In this document: positions 37,912-49,789 of the stretch, one piece after another
Position numbering within the stretch: position 1 is the stretch's first letter
Layout of the letters: the number at the start of each line of letters is the position of its first letter
From: Atractiella rhizophila
Taxonomy: Eukaryota
NCBI GenBank assembly: GCA_021432655.1
Contig: MU271386.1
Location: 1 to 49,789 of the forward strand
Length of the DNA stretch: 49,789 nucleotides
Reading direction: 5' to 3'
Notes under the pieces: model-generated
The model's database searches: none
Seen by the model: only the letters and a program-made list of their open reading frames with translations
Told to the model about the DNA's origin: nothing
Position numbers and translations under genes: made by a program

Positions 37912-40900
37912 TCTTCTATACGATACTAACAAGCGTTTCCCCGCATTGTCTCCGCGGTACAGGTGTAAATCACGCTCGGCGTCTCCGTCTCTCTCTCTAA
38001 GCCGAACGAGCGCGACGACCTGTTGTCCTTTACAACTCCACCCTTCGTCTTCTCGCCGCTGCTTAACTCGTTGCTCTACTCCTCCTCTCTTCCTCCTCCC
38101 TTGACCTCCTCGGCTACTCTGCTGTTCTCCGCGTCTCCTCTGCCCTTCTCCTTGCCGTCTCCTCCTCCCTTTAAGTTCTTCTCGCTCTCTCTGCAAGGTC
38201 CCTCCGTGTCTCCCGAGCGGCTCTCCTCCTCCTTTCCTATTAGTACGATCTGAACCCAGGAAGGGGTAACCTGTTGAAAGTTATAGGTTCCTGATGGATG
38301 TTACTCCTAAAGTGACCGCCGTTGTCGAAGTATTTAGGCTAGAAAGGTAGGTTGGGGGGAGGAGCACTAGGAAAACGAATGGGAAGACCGATGTTAAAAA
38401 TAGGCGTGATGGGAGGAGGATCTGCAATGAGAACCTTGTTGAAAATTTAACGTCTACTACAAACTGTTCTATAGAAACCCGACATCGTTACAAAGGCAGC
38501 GCAAAGAAATAGTAAACACGGATATGTTCTAACTACAATTACTAGGGGCCCACGTCCTACATACGGTCTATCACTAGGTACAACTACACGTTTGGCCTAC
38601 TAGTCAACAATACAAAGCATGGGAGGGGCAGAGCTACGCGCGGTTGAACCGAGAAAACGGACTGAAGAGACGAGTAGCGACAGTAAAGGTTAGTCACGGA
38701 TCAAGACATGTTAATCAAAACAAGGCAACCATAAGAGGGTAAAAGTGAGAGATGACATGATCATCAACGCGCTTTGAACCTAGAGGGAGAGACAGAAGAA
38801 TATGATCAGGAAGAAAGTAAGAAAAGAGTCACTAGTGTTTAGTCAAAAGTTGTCTTACAGGTAACAGGACATGGATGATACTCGGACTTTATACTATGTG
38901 CCAATAACATTATTATAAATTCAGACCTGTTCGATAAGGAGTGCTGTGGGGGAGGATCAGTGTTAAGGATCAAAACGGTTAAGCGGCTACTGAGGAACGC
39001 ACGTAACAAGACCAGTTCGTTAGCTTTCATCTGACAGGTTTTAGGTGAGAAAACTCTAAGTACTCCAATGGAAGGAAGGAGAAGAAGCGGTACTTCATTC
39101 GTTGTTTTCGGTCTCATTAAAGTCTTGCCAAGCTCCGTTGACCGTTAACCTTTAGGGCGTGTAAGAGGAGTCTTGGCTATCCATCTTACGGTTGGAGACG
39201 GGTTCCGCCACGTAGTCCGTTTATTGAAAGGCTTTTGGGTTTTTGGAGGGTTCTCGAAACTATTTCGAGCGGATGATGCTCGAAGTTGACTAGTTCATAC
39301 ATAAGGATTCTCAGCCTCTGGTAAGTAGAACAGCTCCTGCGAGTCCAACCTACTTCGTACACACCTTGACAGAATCTAACCCTATAACCTTTCCACTGAG
39401 CCGCTCCACATCAGGACGCGCTTCAGGTTCCATCACCGCATACACATGTCAGAGGTTCCACCGTCGTTTTCAGGACTGCTCTAGCTTTCGCGTGAGGGTG
39501 AGGGGGTCTATTAGCGACGTTGTGGCCAGCCTGCGAGCTCGTAGTTATCAATCTACAGCTTCTGACCAAACGCCGCCGCTGTACTCCATGACCTTTGACG
39601 TTCATGGATTGTTTTCAATGAGTTGGCGACCGTTACTATTCTCGCTAACATTTTGTTTCAGACCATATACTTCGGACTTACTTTAAGCTACGTCCGTTAG
39701 GACAGACCGACCCTGTACGTTTACTCAAGTAGGAAGCTAAGAGTATACACTGAGATAGGTTTGTTTTTAGACTAAGTAGCTTCACCTGTGCTTCCGGTTC
39801 ATCCTAAAATAACTGCGTTTTGAACCAAACCAGGTGTTCCCTTGAGTTAGGTGCGAAACGTCGGGCGTCATCAACCATCTTCGACAGGTTATGCTTAGTT
39901 AGGGAAAGGAATTTGAACTCTACTTACTTGTGGAGGAACTCTCTTGCCGTCATCCACCAATGTAGAGCTTTCGTGGCATGATCTAAGTGCTTAACTTAAT
40001 TTTGTCAGGCCGTAAGTCCCCAGCTATCTCTTAGCAAGGTTTATCTTATAAAACTTCGGAGCAGCTTTGTCTACAGGAGGAGGTCTAACTACACTTGACA
40101 CTCGACTAGGGGTCGCTTTACTCTACCACCTTTACGAGATACCGTACTTTACTTCGATGTATGGACTAGGGGTCGCTTTACTCTACCACCTTTGCGACCC
40201 CTTAGTCCAACCACCACCGGGATTGGGATACATGTGCACGGCTGCTCACCACCTATTGTTTTTTCTCCCTCTCACTTTGCTTCGCTTTCCTTGCTCGCTT
40301 CCCTTCCTTGTACTTGCTTCGATCTCTTTACTCGCTTCCCTTCATTCTGCTACTTCATTCTACCTCAGTACACCATACAGAGAGAGAGAGTGGGGGGGAG
40401 TGAGTTCCGTGCTTCCGTATGTTTTACTCGTCGTCACCTTTTTTTTCCTTACATTTTCCTACTCTTATTTAAATACACCAGTTTGTACGTTTGCACTATA
40501 GTCCTAACAGGATCGAATGAACTCTACTCATTATCTTTACTCATTTTCAACCTTACTTTACAAATTATCGGATCTTTGACCTTCTTCGTCTTAGGGTACC
40601 TAGGTTCTTACCTAACCCTTTAGTTTCAACTTGTGACGTTAGTGAGTAGATTGAACTATTGTCGGGGTATCGCCTTGTGTTAAATCTCACGACATTTATA
40701 GGGTCCGGGAAGCAGTAGTGTAGGCGATGGTATAGAACGCATCCCTAGGTGAGCTCATGCTAGAGGGGTCTGCAATGGAAAAGAGAACATTTCACCATCA
40801 CATGTAGCTGTACGAAGCAGGATGGTACCAATCTTCCTACAAAAACGGTCTTCATCCCTAGGGACCAACAGAGGGGACTAATCACAGCGTAAGACAACTC

Positions 40901-40994
40901 CTTTTTGGTTCGACACTATTGTCACGGGCATCGGTGTAGCGGAGGGAAAGGTGGCAGCTCTCACGCTACATGAGCCGGGAGTCAACTCCTATAG
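37912..40994. other. String-reversed (mirror, non-complemented) copy of 32683-35753: RNase H end, 3' LTR, F-box 3' part, small gene
   Basis: e.g. CCATACAGAGAGAGAGAGTGGGGGGGAGTGAGTTCCGTGC (~40373-40412) is the letter-reverse of 33261-33300; un-reversing joins seamlessly to 40995. Confidence 0.97.
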
Positions 40995-41007
40995 TGTTAG
41001 CCTGCAT
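37912..41007 (-). CDS. Allele B of the cassette-2 small protein (182 aa), split by the reversal: 41007-40995 (normal minus strand) plus complement of 37912-38447
   Basis: Reconstructs an intact 549-nt ORF MQANKKICYDCSQRGVTEAPCPHLVRAAEAERE...YPHYPPPRRYSWNNF*. Confidence 0.8.
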
Positions 41008-43088
41008 GTCTGATTGGTCAACGGAGAATTGTGAAGATAGAGAGGCAAGGAGGAGAGATAAATGCCATTTTATATCTGCTGATTGGCAGCATTCCTTTAC
41101 AGAAGGGTGACTTTGTTAGATCGTTTGCGAGAAGGCCATAACTGGTTCGCAAACGCAAAAGCAAGAAGGTAAAGTATCGTCTGCGTCGTCAACACATGGA
41201 CGCGGTCTAAGTGTGTTTCCGCGGGACCTTCAATAACAGTGGAATAGAGTTTACTCAACAGAAAATGACTTGTTCTCGATATCACGAGAGGCGGGAAAGA
41301 AAAGGCGCGAAGCCACTTTCAACCAAATCAATGTCTCAAGTCGCTCAATCTAATCAGTAACCTTGCCAAGTCTTTCACTATTGCAAACAGATGGACGTCA
41401 CGAGCGGCGGGAAAGAAAAGGGCCGGAGTCTCTCTCCAGCAAACGAACGTACGTCAATGTCTCGGGTCTTTCAATTGAGGTGACCTTGGAAGAAGTCATT
41501 GTTATTTCAAATAGAATAAACGAGAATGACGTGGTCAATTGCAAGAAAAATTAATTTATTGAATTGAAATGACTTGCACTCTCAAGTCGGAAGCGATAGC
41601 GGGAGAAAAAGAGTTTTAGCAGAGCAACAGATGGCATAATGGACTGCTCAATTGCTCACAGACTTGGAGGCGATGAAAGATGGTGCTTTGTGTGTCGGAA
41701 CTTCAACTGTCCTGAAAGAGTACAAGGAGTCGTAACAAGGAATTTTCGAGAACAAAGATTCCTAACCAGAACCAAGCTGTGGAGATAACAAATGTAACAA
41801 AGAAGATGCCAAATTGCGTTTTCATATCACAATTAGGCCAAACTTGCTTTCAGTTTCAATGGAAGTGTAGAACAGCGTGTTAAATTGTTTCCGCAATGGA
41901 AATAGAAAATATGACGCTTTCCTCATTCATGGCATAAAGCGATGGGATGCACAACTAACAATTTTGATAGTCGAGGAAGATGTCAATGAATATAAATGAA
42001 CAGCTAACGAATTCTGCCATTCATCCTTCCTGCAATCCGTAAACCCTTTATCCATCTTTCTATGTCTCATGGTTTTCCATAATCATATCTAATCCCATGT
42101 CAAAGGTTAATTGAGCTGGTTTGGGCATCTTCCAGTTCAAGGGTCTCTTCGTGGGATTCGGCGAAAAGGGAGATTGAGATAGTATGTAGTATAAATTGGT
42201 GCTGGGAATGAAAGGAATCGGTAGTCAGTTGCAACAATGGTCGACGACACAAAGGGAAGAGATTGCCAGTGTGAAGATGGACGCAAGAAGTCACCCTCAC
42301 ACTACCCCGCTAGTTTGATATCAACTGGACAAACACTCCGCGAACTTTCTGTCTCCTGAGTCGTTTCCATATTTTTACGAGCTCATAGCACCCTTCCAGC
42401 TCTAGACTTAGGAGATATCGGCACCCCATAACATATATACCGCATTTCAGGCCAAAAGTCACGAACGACACGAACCGCGGGACGATTCATTGTGAAAGGG
42501 GGATGAACGATGCCAGCGCGTCCTTCTTCCGCTCTCGGACATTCTCCTTCCCTCTCCCAGTCCGCAATCAATGGTATTTCGGCGGTGGAGAAGGATGGGA
42601 AGGATGTGCAACTCAAGGATTATCAGATTGGAGAGGTGGTGGGAAAAGGAGGTATGTATTTCTTTGTCCTAGAAGCAAAACGTGCTTTGGGATGGCGCGC
42701 CGCTTACTGTGATTGCTCGAAAGGCATGCATATGCTCAAAGTACATTTGAGCTTCTGCACAATGCATGAGCACCTTGCAGCATAACGGACTCATGCTGTT
42801 ACTGCAAACTACATGTGCCACGGTAGATTTCTATAAAGAAGGACATTTGGGACTCTACCACGTCTGCACATGCGAGAAACAATGCAAAAAGAGCGACTCG
42901 TTGCAATGCAATTAAGTTTGTACAAGTAGCTCTAGGGGTGCGCGTTGCTATTTGTTCCTATAAGGTCATCAGATGCTCCATTCCGATTTGTCCAGCTTGC
43001 ACACAGCGCGCTTCCCTTTGCAGAAATCCACAGAGGATGAGGTGCATTCCGTACAACTCGCACGAAAGACATCATTCCATGTTATGCT
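40995..43088 (+). repeat. Direct diverged duplicate of 35754-37886 (probable second haplotype)
   Basis: Colinear with many SNPs and indels through to GTTATGCT, where copy A meets the gap. Confidence 0.95.
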
Positions 43089-46000
43089 GTTACCCGGTGA
43101 AACATACTGATGAACCTCACTCACAGCTTTTGGGATGGTTTATCGCGCGTTCAATTGGATTACCGGTGAGGTCGTGGCAATAAAACAGGTATTGTGCATC
43201 TTCATCCTAGGTCCATTTCTCATGAATATACAGATTAGTTTGACCAACATCCCGAAGTCTGAATTGCCAGAAATTATGGTTAGTCTGCGTCGTCCTCTTC
43301 ACCATGGTTTGACCAGTTTCTCTAGTCAGAAATCGACCTTCTGAAGAACCTGGATCGTAAGCATTTACTTCTCGCGAATGTATTTTTAACAGTGTGGACT
43401 TTCTAGACGACAACATCGTCCACTACATCGCATCGAAGAAAACCTCCACTCATCTGTACATCATCCTCGAATATTGCGAAAACGGTTCCTTACATACCAT
43501 CACGAAGAAATTCGGCAAGTTTCCGGAGCCGCTTGTCGCTACCTACGTATACCAGATCCTGCTCGGTCTAGCCTACCTTCATGAACAAGGAGTTATTCAC
43601 CGAGACATCAAAGGTTCGAACATCCTTGCGACGAAAGAAGGAGGGATCAAGCTTGCAGATTTTGGCGTTGCCACACGAGTCGTTGCACCGGGGGGCGAGA
43701 AGGACAGTGCTGTAGTTGGAAGCCCTTATTGGATGGCACCAGAGGTTGTTGATCAGTCTGGAGCGACGACGGCGTCTGATATTTGGTCAGTTGGTTGTGT
43801 GGTCATTGAATTGCTGGAGGGAAAACCGCCGTATCACTTCTTGGAACCCATGCCTGCCCTTTTTCGAATCGTCAACGATGATCTACCTCCGATCCCAGAA
43901 TACATCTCTGCTGCTTGTAGAGATTTCTTGATCGCTTGCTTTCAGAAGGATAGCAATTTGCGTGTTGGAGCGAAGAAGCTGTTGAAGCATAACTGGATCT
44001 TGTCCGCTAAGAAGGCGTTAGAGTCAAGGAGGAAGGACAGGGAACGAAGTAGGAGTGGTTGGGGTAGGCGTGAAGAGAGGGAGAGGGGAGAGTATGATGA
44101 GGGTGTGCAGCAGGTGCAGGAGTGGAATGAAGCATTAGCGAAAGATTGTATGTCACAGCTCCATTAGCTTTGGCTTTGACTCACTTGATCCTTCTAGTAA
44201 GCAAAGCAAAGATACCATCTTCGCGCTCCCAAGAGCTCGCGCTTTCCGAAAACTCTGATTCGAAATCTACGCCTAGTCCACCTCTCAACGGCTCGTTCTC
44301 GAAACTCCCTCGTCGAGCGTCTATGGAGCTGGCGCACATCCTCCAAACCAACAATGCGGCTCTACCCGAGCATGCGCCAATACTCAACGTCATTAGTCCA
44401 AAGAAAGGATTTGACACTCAGAAAGGCTCTGCAGTCTTCGGAACCCGACGACGAAACAACTCGTCAATGGGCGTCGCGAGCAGTGGGAGCGTAAGGAACA
44501 TTCAGAATCTCTTCCCAACGTCGCAACAATCGCCGCAGAAGAGTCGCACAAATGGACTATCAAAGATGGTAGCTAGCACTAGCGCTGAGAGGCTTGCAGC
44601 GATCGGTGGATTAGAAAGGGAACCTGTGAGGAAGGAGGTTCCTGTCATCGAAGTGGAGGAGGAACAGGAGGATAACTGGGATAATGACTTTGAGGAGGGA
44701 ATCTCGATATCAAAGATCGAAGGTACGCTTTATTCGCTCTAAAGTGAACGAGCTAATGTTTCCAGCTCTGGAACGCGAACCCTCATCTGAGGGCGATACA
44801 CCGGATCGCACGCCAGGCAAGAAGGACACAGCTCTACCCATTCGCCCAAGTTTTCTGTCAGCTGTTGGAGATGACGATACAGAACGAAGCAACACTTTCA
44901 ATTCAGCTACTATCAAACCCGGTGGCTCTAAGACTTCTTCTCCAAATCTGGGATTAGAGAAAATGGAGCCTATTCTCGAAGACTACTCAGACCTGCTTGG
45001 GGACGAATCTTCTTCCAAAGATTGGGAGGGACGTGTCAGCAGTTTACGCGTATGTCTTCATTTATTCCTATCTAATTTCTTTTCTGCTTAACCATTCTAC
45101 AGCTGCAAAACAGCGTCAAAAAGCGTATCCTGCATCCTCGTGACCTCACTTCTATCTTCAACACTCCCACAGCATCTCCAGCCAACACTGTCTCGTCACC
45201 TTTGCCCAGTCGACGCTCGTCAGAGAAGCTACACGTACGACGGTCTTCAGAAAAGTCTTCGCAACGACCCGTTTCACCAATCAACGGTCCCACGCGGGCA
45301 GACAGTGCTCCAACACGCTCCCCCGGAGGTTCCATCAGTTCCATCAGCTCGAACGGCGGTTCTAGCGGGCGTCAAAGCCCCGCTATTCCAACGCCGAGCA
45401 CACCACATCGAAATAGCTTTGAGAAGTACGCGGAGGATGCGGACGAAGACTGGTCAGATTTCCTCAGCAATGAACCTCAGCAGGAAGGCGAGGGGATATC
45501 GAGTCAAAGTCTCAAGTTAAATACCCGATTGTCGAATAAGTCTTGGCTGGGAGAAGGAGATTCCGATGAAGAAGATCCTTTCGCTGATGTCGAGGAGGAC
45601 GATTTCGAAGACGACGGGGATATGGATGCGAACGTTGCTCGTGACAAGACAGCAAGGCTAGCAGGGTTTGTCACCGACCTTGTCGATACAATTTCTTCAC
45701 CGCACGTCGACCAGAACACAATGCGGGAGGCGACGATACAGCTCGTCCGTCTTCCATATTGCTTTCTATCGTGCATTCTTGCTCATATCCAGTTACAGAT
45801 TGACGTGCTCGAGGATGAACCCGATTTGAAAGCGCACTTCGTCAAAGCTCACGGTCTGCTCGCTGTGGTAGAGGCGCTTCAGGATCATCGCGATGACATG
45901 GTCCTCATAAGCCCACTCCTCCGTATCGTGAATAGCATGATCTCTTACGACGAAGAGCTGCTGGAGAAGCTATGCTTGATGGGAGGCTGCCCTCTTATGA

Positions 46001-47732
46001 TGGGATTTGCGAGCAAGCAACACCCTCGTGAGATAAGGTTGGAGGCTGCTATCTTTATTAGTGCCATGTGCCGTTGTTCAATCTTGACAGTAAGTTCTGC
46101 TTTAAACCCTAGCCCTTTGCCAATTTGGCTGTACAGCTTCAAATGTTTATCGCTTGCCGTGGAATGTCGATTCTGGTGGAGATGATGGACGAAGATTACG
46201 AGGACAAGAAAGACCTTATTTTCTCAGCTTTGGATGACATTGTCCGGGTACTCGAACTCCCCCCACAGGTCCATCAGGTATCAACGCCACGGAACGACTT
46301 TCTGCGAATATTCGTCACGGAAGGACTACTGGAGCCACTGTCTATGGCGTTGTTGAAGATGTTTCAAGATGATCAGGATGACGACCTGGTTTTGAGCGCA
46401 GAAATCAGCACCATTAACATTCTCCTCACATTTTCCCAAGCGGACATGAAGGTCAAAGAAGCACTAGTGACGCCGACAATAGTTGAACGTGCGTCATTAT
46501 GGCTGTTTGCACTGATGGTCGCTAAACAACATGCAGGGCTCGTGCGCGTCCTGAACCTTGCTTCTGACGCAGAACTCCTGGCTCCCCTCCTGAAGACAGT
46601 GAAGAGCCTGGCCATGGTTCCGAAGGCTCTGGATGTCCTTCGAGCCGCTAAGACCATTCCTACGCTTGTCCAAATTCTCACCGATCGAATAGACGGAAAG
46701 ATGGGAACTGTAAGTTTCGTGCTTTCTACTGCTAGGATTGACACATGTACAGGAAATCGCCAATCACATTGTCAATGCCTTATACAATCTTTGTCGTCTT
46801 TCCAAGCCACGTCAGGACGAAGCAGCACTAGCCGGAGCGATTCCAATCTTGCAGAAGGTTGTCCAAGGAGCCTCCCCGCTCAAGCAGTTCGCTCTTCCCA
46901 TTTTATGCGACTTCGCCCACACCTCAAGGCAATCCAGAAAGCTCTTGTGGGCCAATAATGGCTTCCAATTGTATCTAAGCATGCTTAAGGACACATACTG
47001 GAGCGTTTCTGCCCTGGAGGCGATCCTAGCTTGGTAACACACCTCTTGCGTATATGTTTATCTTCTGACCCTTTCGACAGGATGCAAGACGAACAGACCA
47101 AAATCGAGGACGCACTTTTGCAGCAACAATCTATCGATACATTGCTTCGGATGTTCTCACACGCGAAAGCATCGGCATTTGAAAACCTCCTCGAACCATT
47201 CCACAAGATCCTTCGTGCATCTAATGCAGTCGCCACTGCCCTCGCTTCCCAAAGTTCCTTCCGCAACAAGCTCATCGAGCGTTTGCCTTCTCACTCCAAA
47301 GCGGTCGTTCGGCTCAATCTCCTCCGAATTATCAAGACCATTTGTGAGTCTGAAGACAATCGAACGAAACTTGCGAAGCTACCTGGGCTCACTGCTGCAG
47401 TGCAGAAGTTGGCTGAAGGTGACCCTGCTATCCTTGTGAAAGAGCTGGCGAAGGAGCTGGCGAAGGAGTTGGCGCAAGCGAAGAGGCAGGATTCGAAGGT
47501 CCTGAAAGCACGATTGTTGAAGAAGGGATTAAGCAGAAGTAATTCGGACGGTAGTGTTTTGATGAAACCTCCGGACGCACTGTTGGGCAAGGGCATTCCG
47601 ATAGGCTTGTCGAGTCGGGTGACGGCCCAGCAGAAGGAGCTGGGCATGCGCGCTAGCAGTTCGCAGCAGTCTTCCCATTCGAATAACTCATCGACTTCGA
47701 CGGGGAGAGGAACCATGTTTGGTAGGATTTAA
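42510..47732 (+). CDS. cdc15: Cdc15/Cdc7/SepH-type STE-family Ser/Thr kinase of the MEN/SIN pathway, C-terminal ARM/HEAT-like region
   Basis: [66 protein letters not shown]-terminal [36 protein letters not shown]. Confidence 0.92.
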
Positions 47733-48322
47733 TCTGGGTTTCGATTCTTTCTCTGAGCAATGTTTGGTTTGGGTTCAATTCATTCTTTGTTTCCTGTTCC
47801 ATCTTGAGGTTCTTCACTCGTTGTTACCTCCACTTACACTCACCTGCAATTGCATATGTTGTACAACAGCAATCTCACAGGATAGCTGTTCCAGTTCGAG
47901 AGGACAATGTGAATTGAGGATCCATTGGCAAGAAGAAAGCAAGACAGAGTTCGTTTTGATGTGAATCTCGAAACCCTTTTGATATGTGTGGGACGAAATG
48001 AGAAGAAAACAAAGCACATACAGGGATAGAGGACGAACAATGATACATACTCATAAGATTTGCTGGATTGTTACGAAGCACAAAGTGATATGAGACTCAA
48101 TAGGTATCATCATGATAAGGCTTAAACAAGGGAATCTACTCCAAATTGAGCGGAATAAAACTCAAGAAATCCCAACAGCTAATTCCAACATCGAGGGAAA
48201 CGAATCCGATCAAATCCAAATCAAGGTACAACAACTTAACGTGATCACCTTCTACGAAGCACCAAGGACGAAGTCACAGACAACTATGAGGGGTGAAACT
48301 AAGCAACAAGGAAAACGACCAG

Positions 48323-49789
48323 TCATCCCCTCCCCCCCAAACTCCCACTCGATCCACTCAAGAACGACGGATTGCTCTTCATCCTCCTCGGCACGGGGAT
48401 GCTCGTATTCGTTGAAGCGGTGACAGCAGCCGTCGACTTCCAATCAGTGACCTTGTCCGCTGATCGCTCCCTCTCCCTCTCTAAATCGAGCAAACGCATC
48501 ATCCTGACATCGTTGAGATTAGACATCGAGTCGTTCGGGTTCAACGATTCTCCGGCCCTGCTCCCCGCTCGATTCTCTTCTGGTATCGAAGGCAAGCTGT
48601 CGTTGGCGCGCTGCACCCACGCATTTATCGAGGGCGAAGAGGAGCTGACATCCGAGGGGCGGCTGGGTATGAGGCAGAGGTTAGACTGAGAGAGTACGGC
48701 GGGTGGTCGACGAGGGGAACGAGAGGATATGGAGGCGGAGGAGGAGGAACGGTGGTGAGTTGAAGAAGAGGACATGGATTCCGGCGTCAACATGGTGATG
48801 GGATGGTGGTATCTGCTCCCACGGGAGGAGGTGGACGGATCGCTGAGGTATGAACGAGGAGGAGGAAGAGGCGGAGGTGGCATTTCGTTAGAGTATGTCC
48901 GCCTCAGTCGTGTGGGACCTGGCGGTTCTGACGGCGCAGAAGACATGAGGGAAGGTTCCCCCATCGACTGTGTCCGTCTCAATCCTGGATGACGATGACT
49001 TTAGATCAATGTGCTCGTCAAAATACAAGACCAACAAGACGGAATAGAAATGATATGAGGATGAAGACCTACCACTAGCGCTCCTATGACGGCGTTTCTC
49101 CACTTCGTCCACGTCTACTACGATAGGAGTAGACCGAGAGCTCCCTTCTTCCTCCTTGATCCTCTTCCTCATCCTCTCCAAATCGTCAAATTCGCTAGAC
49201 TCTCGCCGCCTTTTTCTTTCCCGTTCCCTCTCCCGTTCCCTCTCGGACAAGACAGTGCTGCTCGCACGACCTTCAGGTTCAGGGTTAGTACAAATTTGCG
49301 AACAAACTAGAAGGAGAACTTACTGAACATATCTGTGTCTTCCCTCTTGATCTTCCTCTCCAACGACAAAGTACTCTTTGGTCGGACTATCCAAATATGA
49401 CAAATATCAACAAAAGCTCTTTGGGGGAAGGGAAGGAGGAACACGGACTGAGTACGCGATCGCGATCATCTGGTGGTAAGGCGGAAGTGGTACGGCTTCT
49501 GCCTAACAAACGGAGTTCCAATCAACTCTCTGCCTTGTTTTGGAGATAGAAATGGGGAAGATTTAGAAGGAAGTAAAAGAGACGTACTGCTTCCGCTCCT
49601 CCTCTCCCTCTCCCTCCACAGAGCCCTCTCAGCTGCAGTCCCATGTCTATCCTCCCTCCGCCTCCTCTCCTCCCTCCTCTCTCTCCTCCTCCTCCTCTCT
49701 TCATCCTCCTCCTCATCCTCGTAATCCGAAAGCGACCTCTCCCTCTCTTCCCTCTCCCTTTCCATCTCGACATCGACCCTCCCTTCCGG
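48323..49789 (-). CDS. Ser/Arg/Glu-rich low-complexity hypothetical protein, 3' part only, multi-exon
   Basis: Successive minus-strand frames (49466-49765, 48888-49250, 48323-48982) separated by intron-like stretches; no domain recognised. Confidence 0.55.

Noticed and set aside
40067..40623. Hydrophobic 143-144 aa ORFs that look like membrane proteins
   Set aside because: They derive from the reversed pyrimidine-rich LTR and 3' UTR
37912..40994. Mirror repeat as a biological event (triplex-forming DNA or novel replication chemistry)
   Set aside because: Kilobase-scale, begins exactly at an N gap and restores perfect colinearity when reversed in place; a software artefact is far more parsimonious

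Overview
Eukaryotic, intron-rich fungal DNA (short GT-AG introns; gene set looks basidiomycete, which is inference). Ordinary genes: bacterial-type SAM methyltransferase, FAR1/WRKY-GCM1-like protein, GT23 (FUT8-like) glycosyltransferase, secreted A1 aspartic protease, adenosine kinase, TGL2-like lipase, PB1-domain protein, degenerate AKAP7-like 2H phosphoesterase and a Cdc15/Cdc7/SepH kinase. A complete but frameshifted Ty1/copia element (LTRs, PBS, PPT, 5-bp TSD GTTCA) sits inside an F-box gene. Two segments beside N-gaps (15316-17070 and 37912-40994) are string-reversed without complementation and are invisible to six-frame translation. Undoing the reversal restores the lipase catalytic half and a second allele of a small gene, so these are almost certainly gap-filling artefacts. 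32683-37886 is re-assembled as a second haplotype-like copy at 37912-43088. The best biological candidate is a twice-repeated cassette: F-box gene (+), convergent small gene (-) with an N-terminal C-x2-C-x9-C-x1/2-H motif, and a conserved upstream non-coding element. The two alleles of one small gene diverge strongly around this motif.
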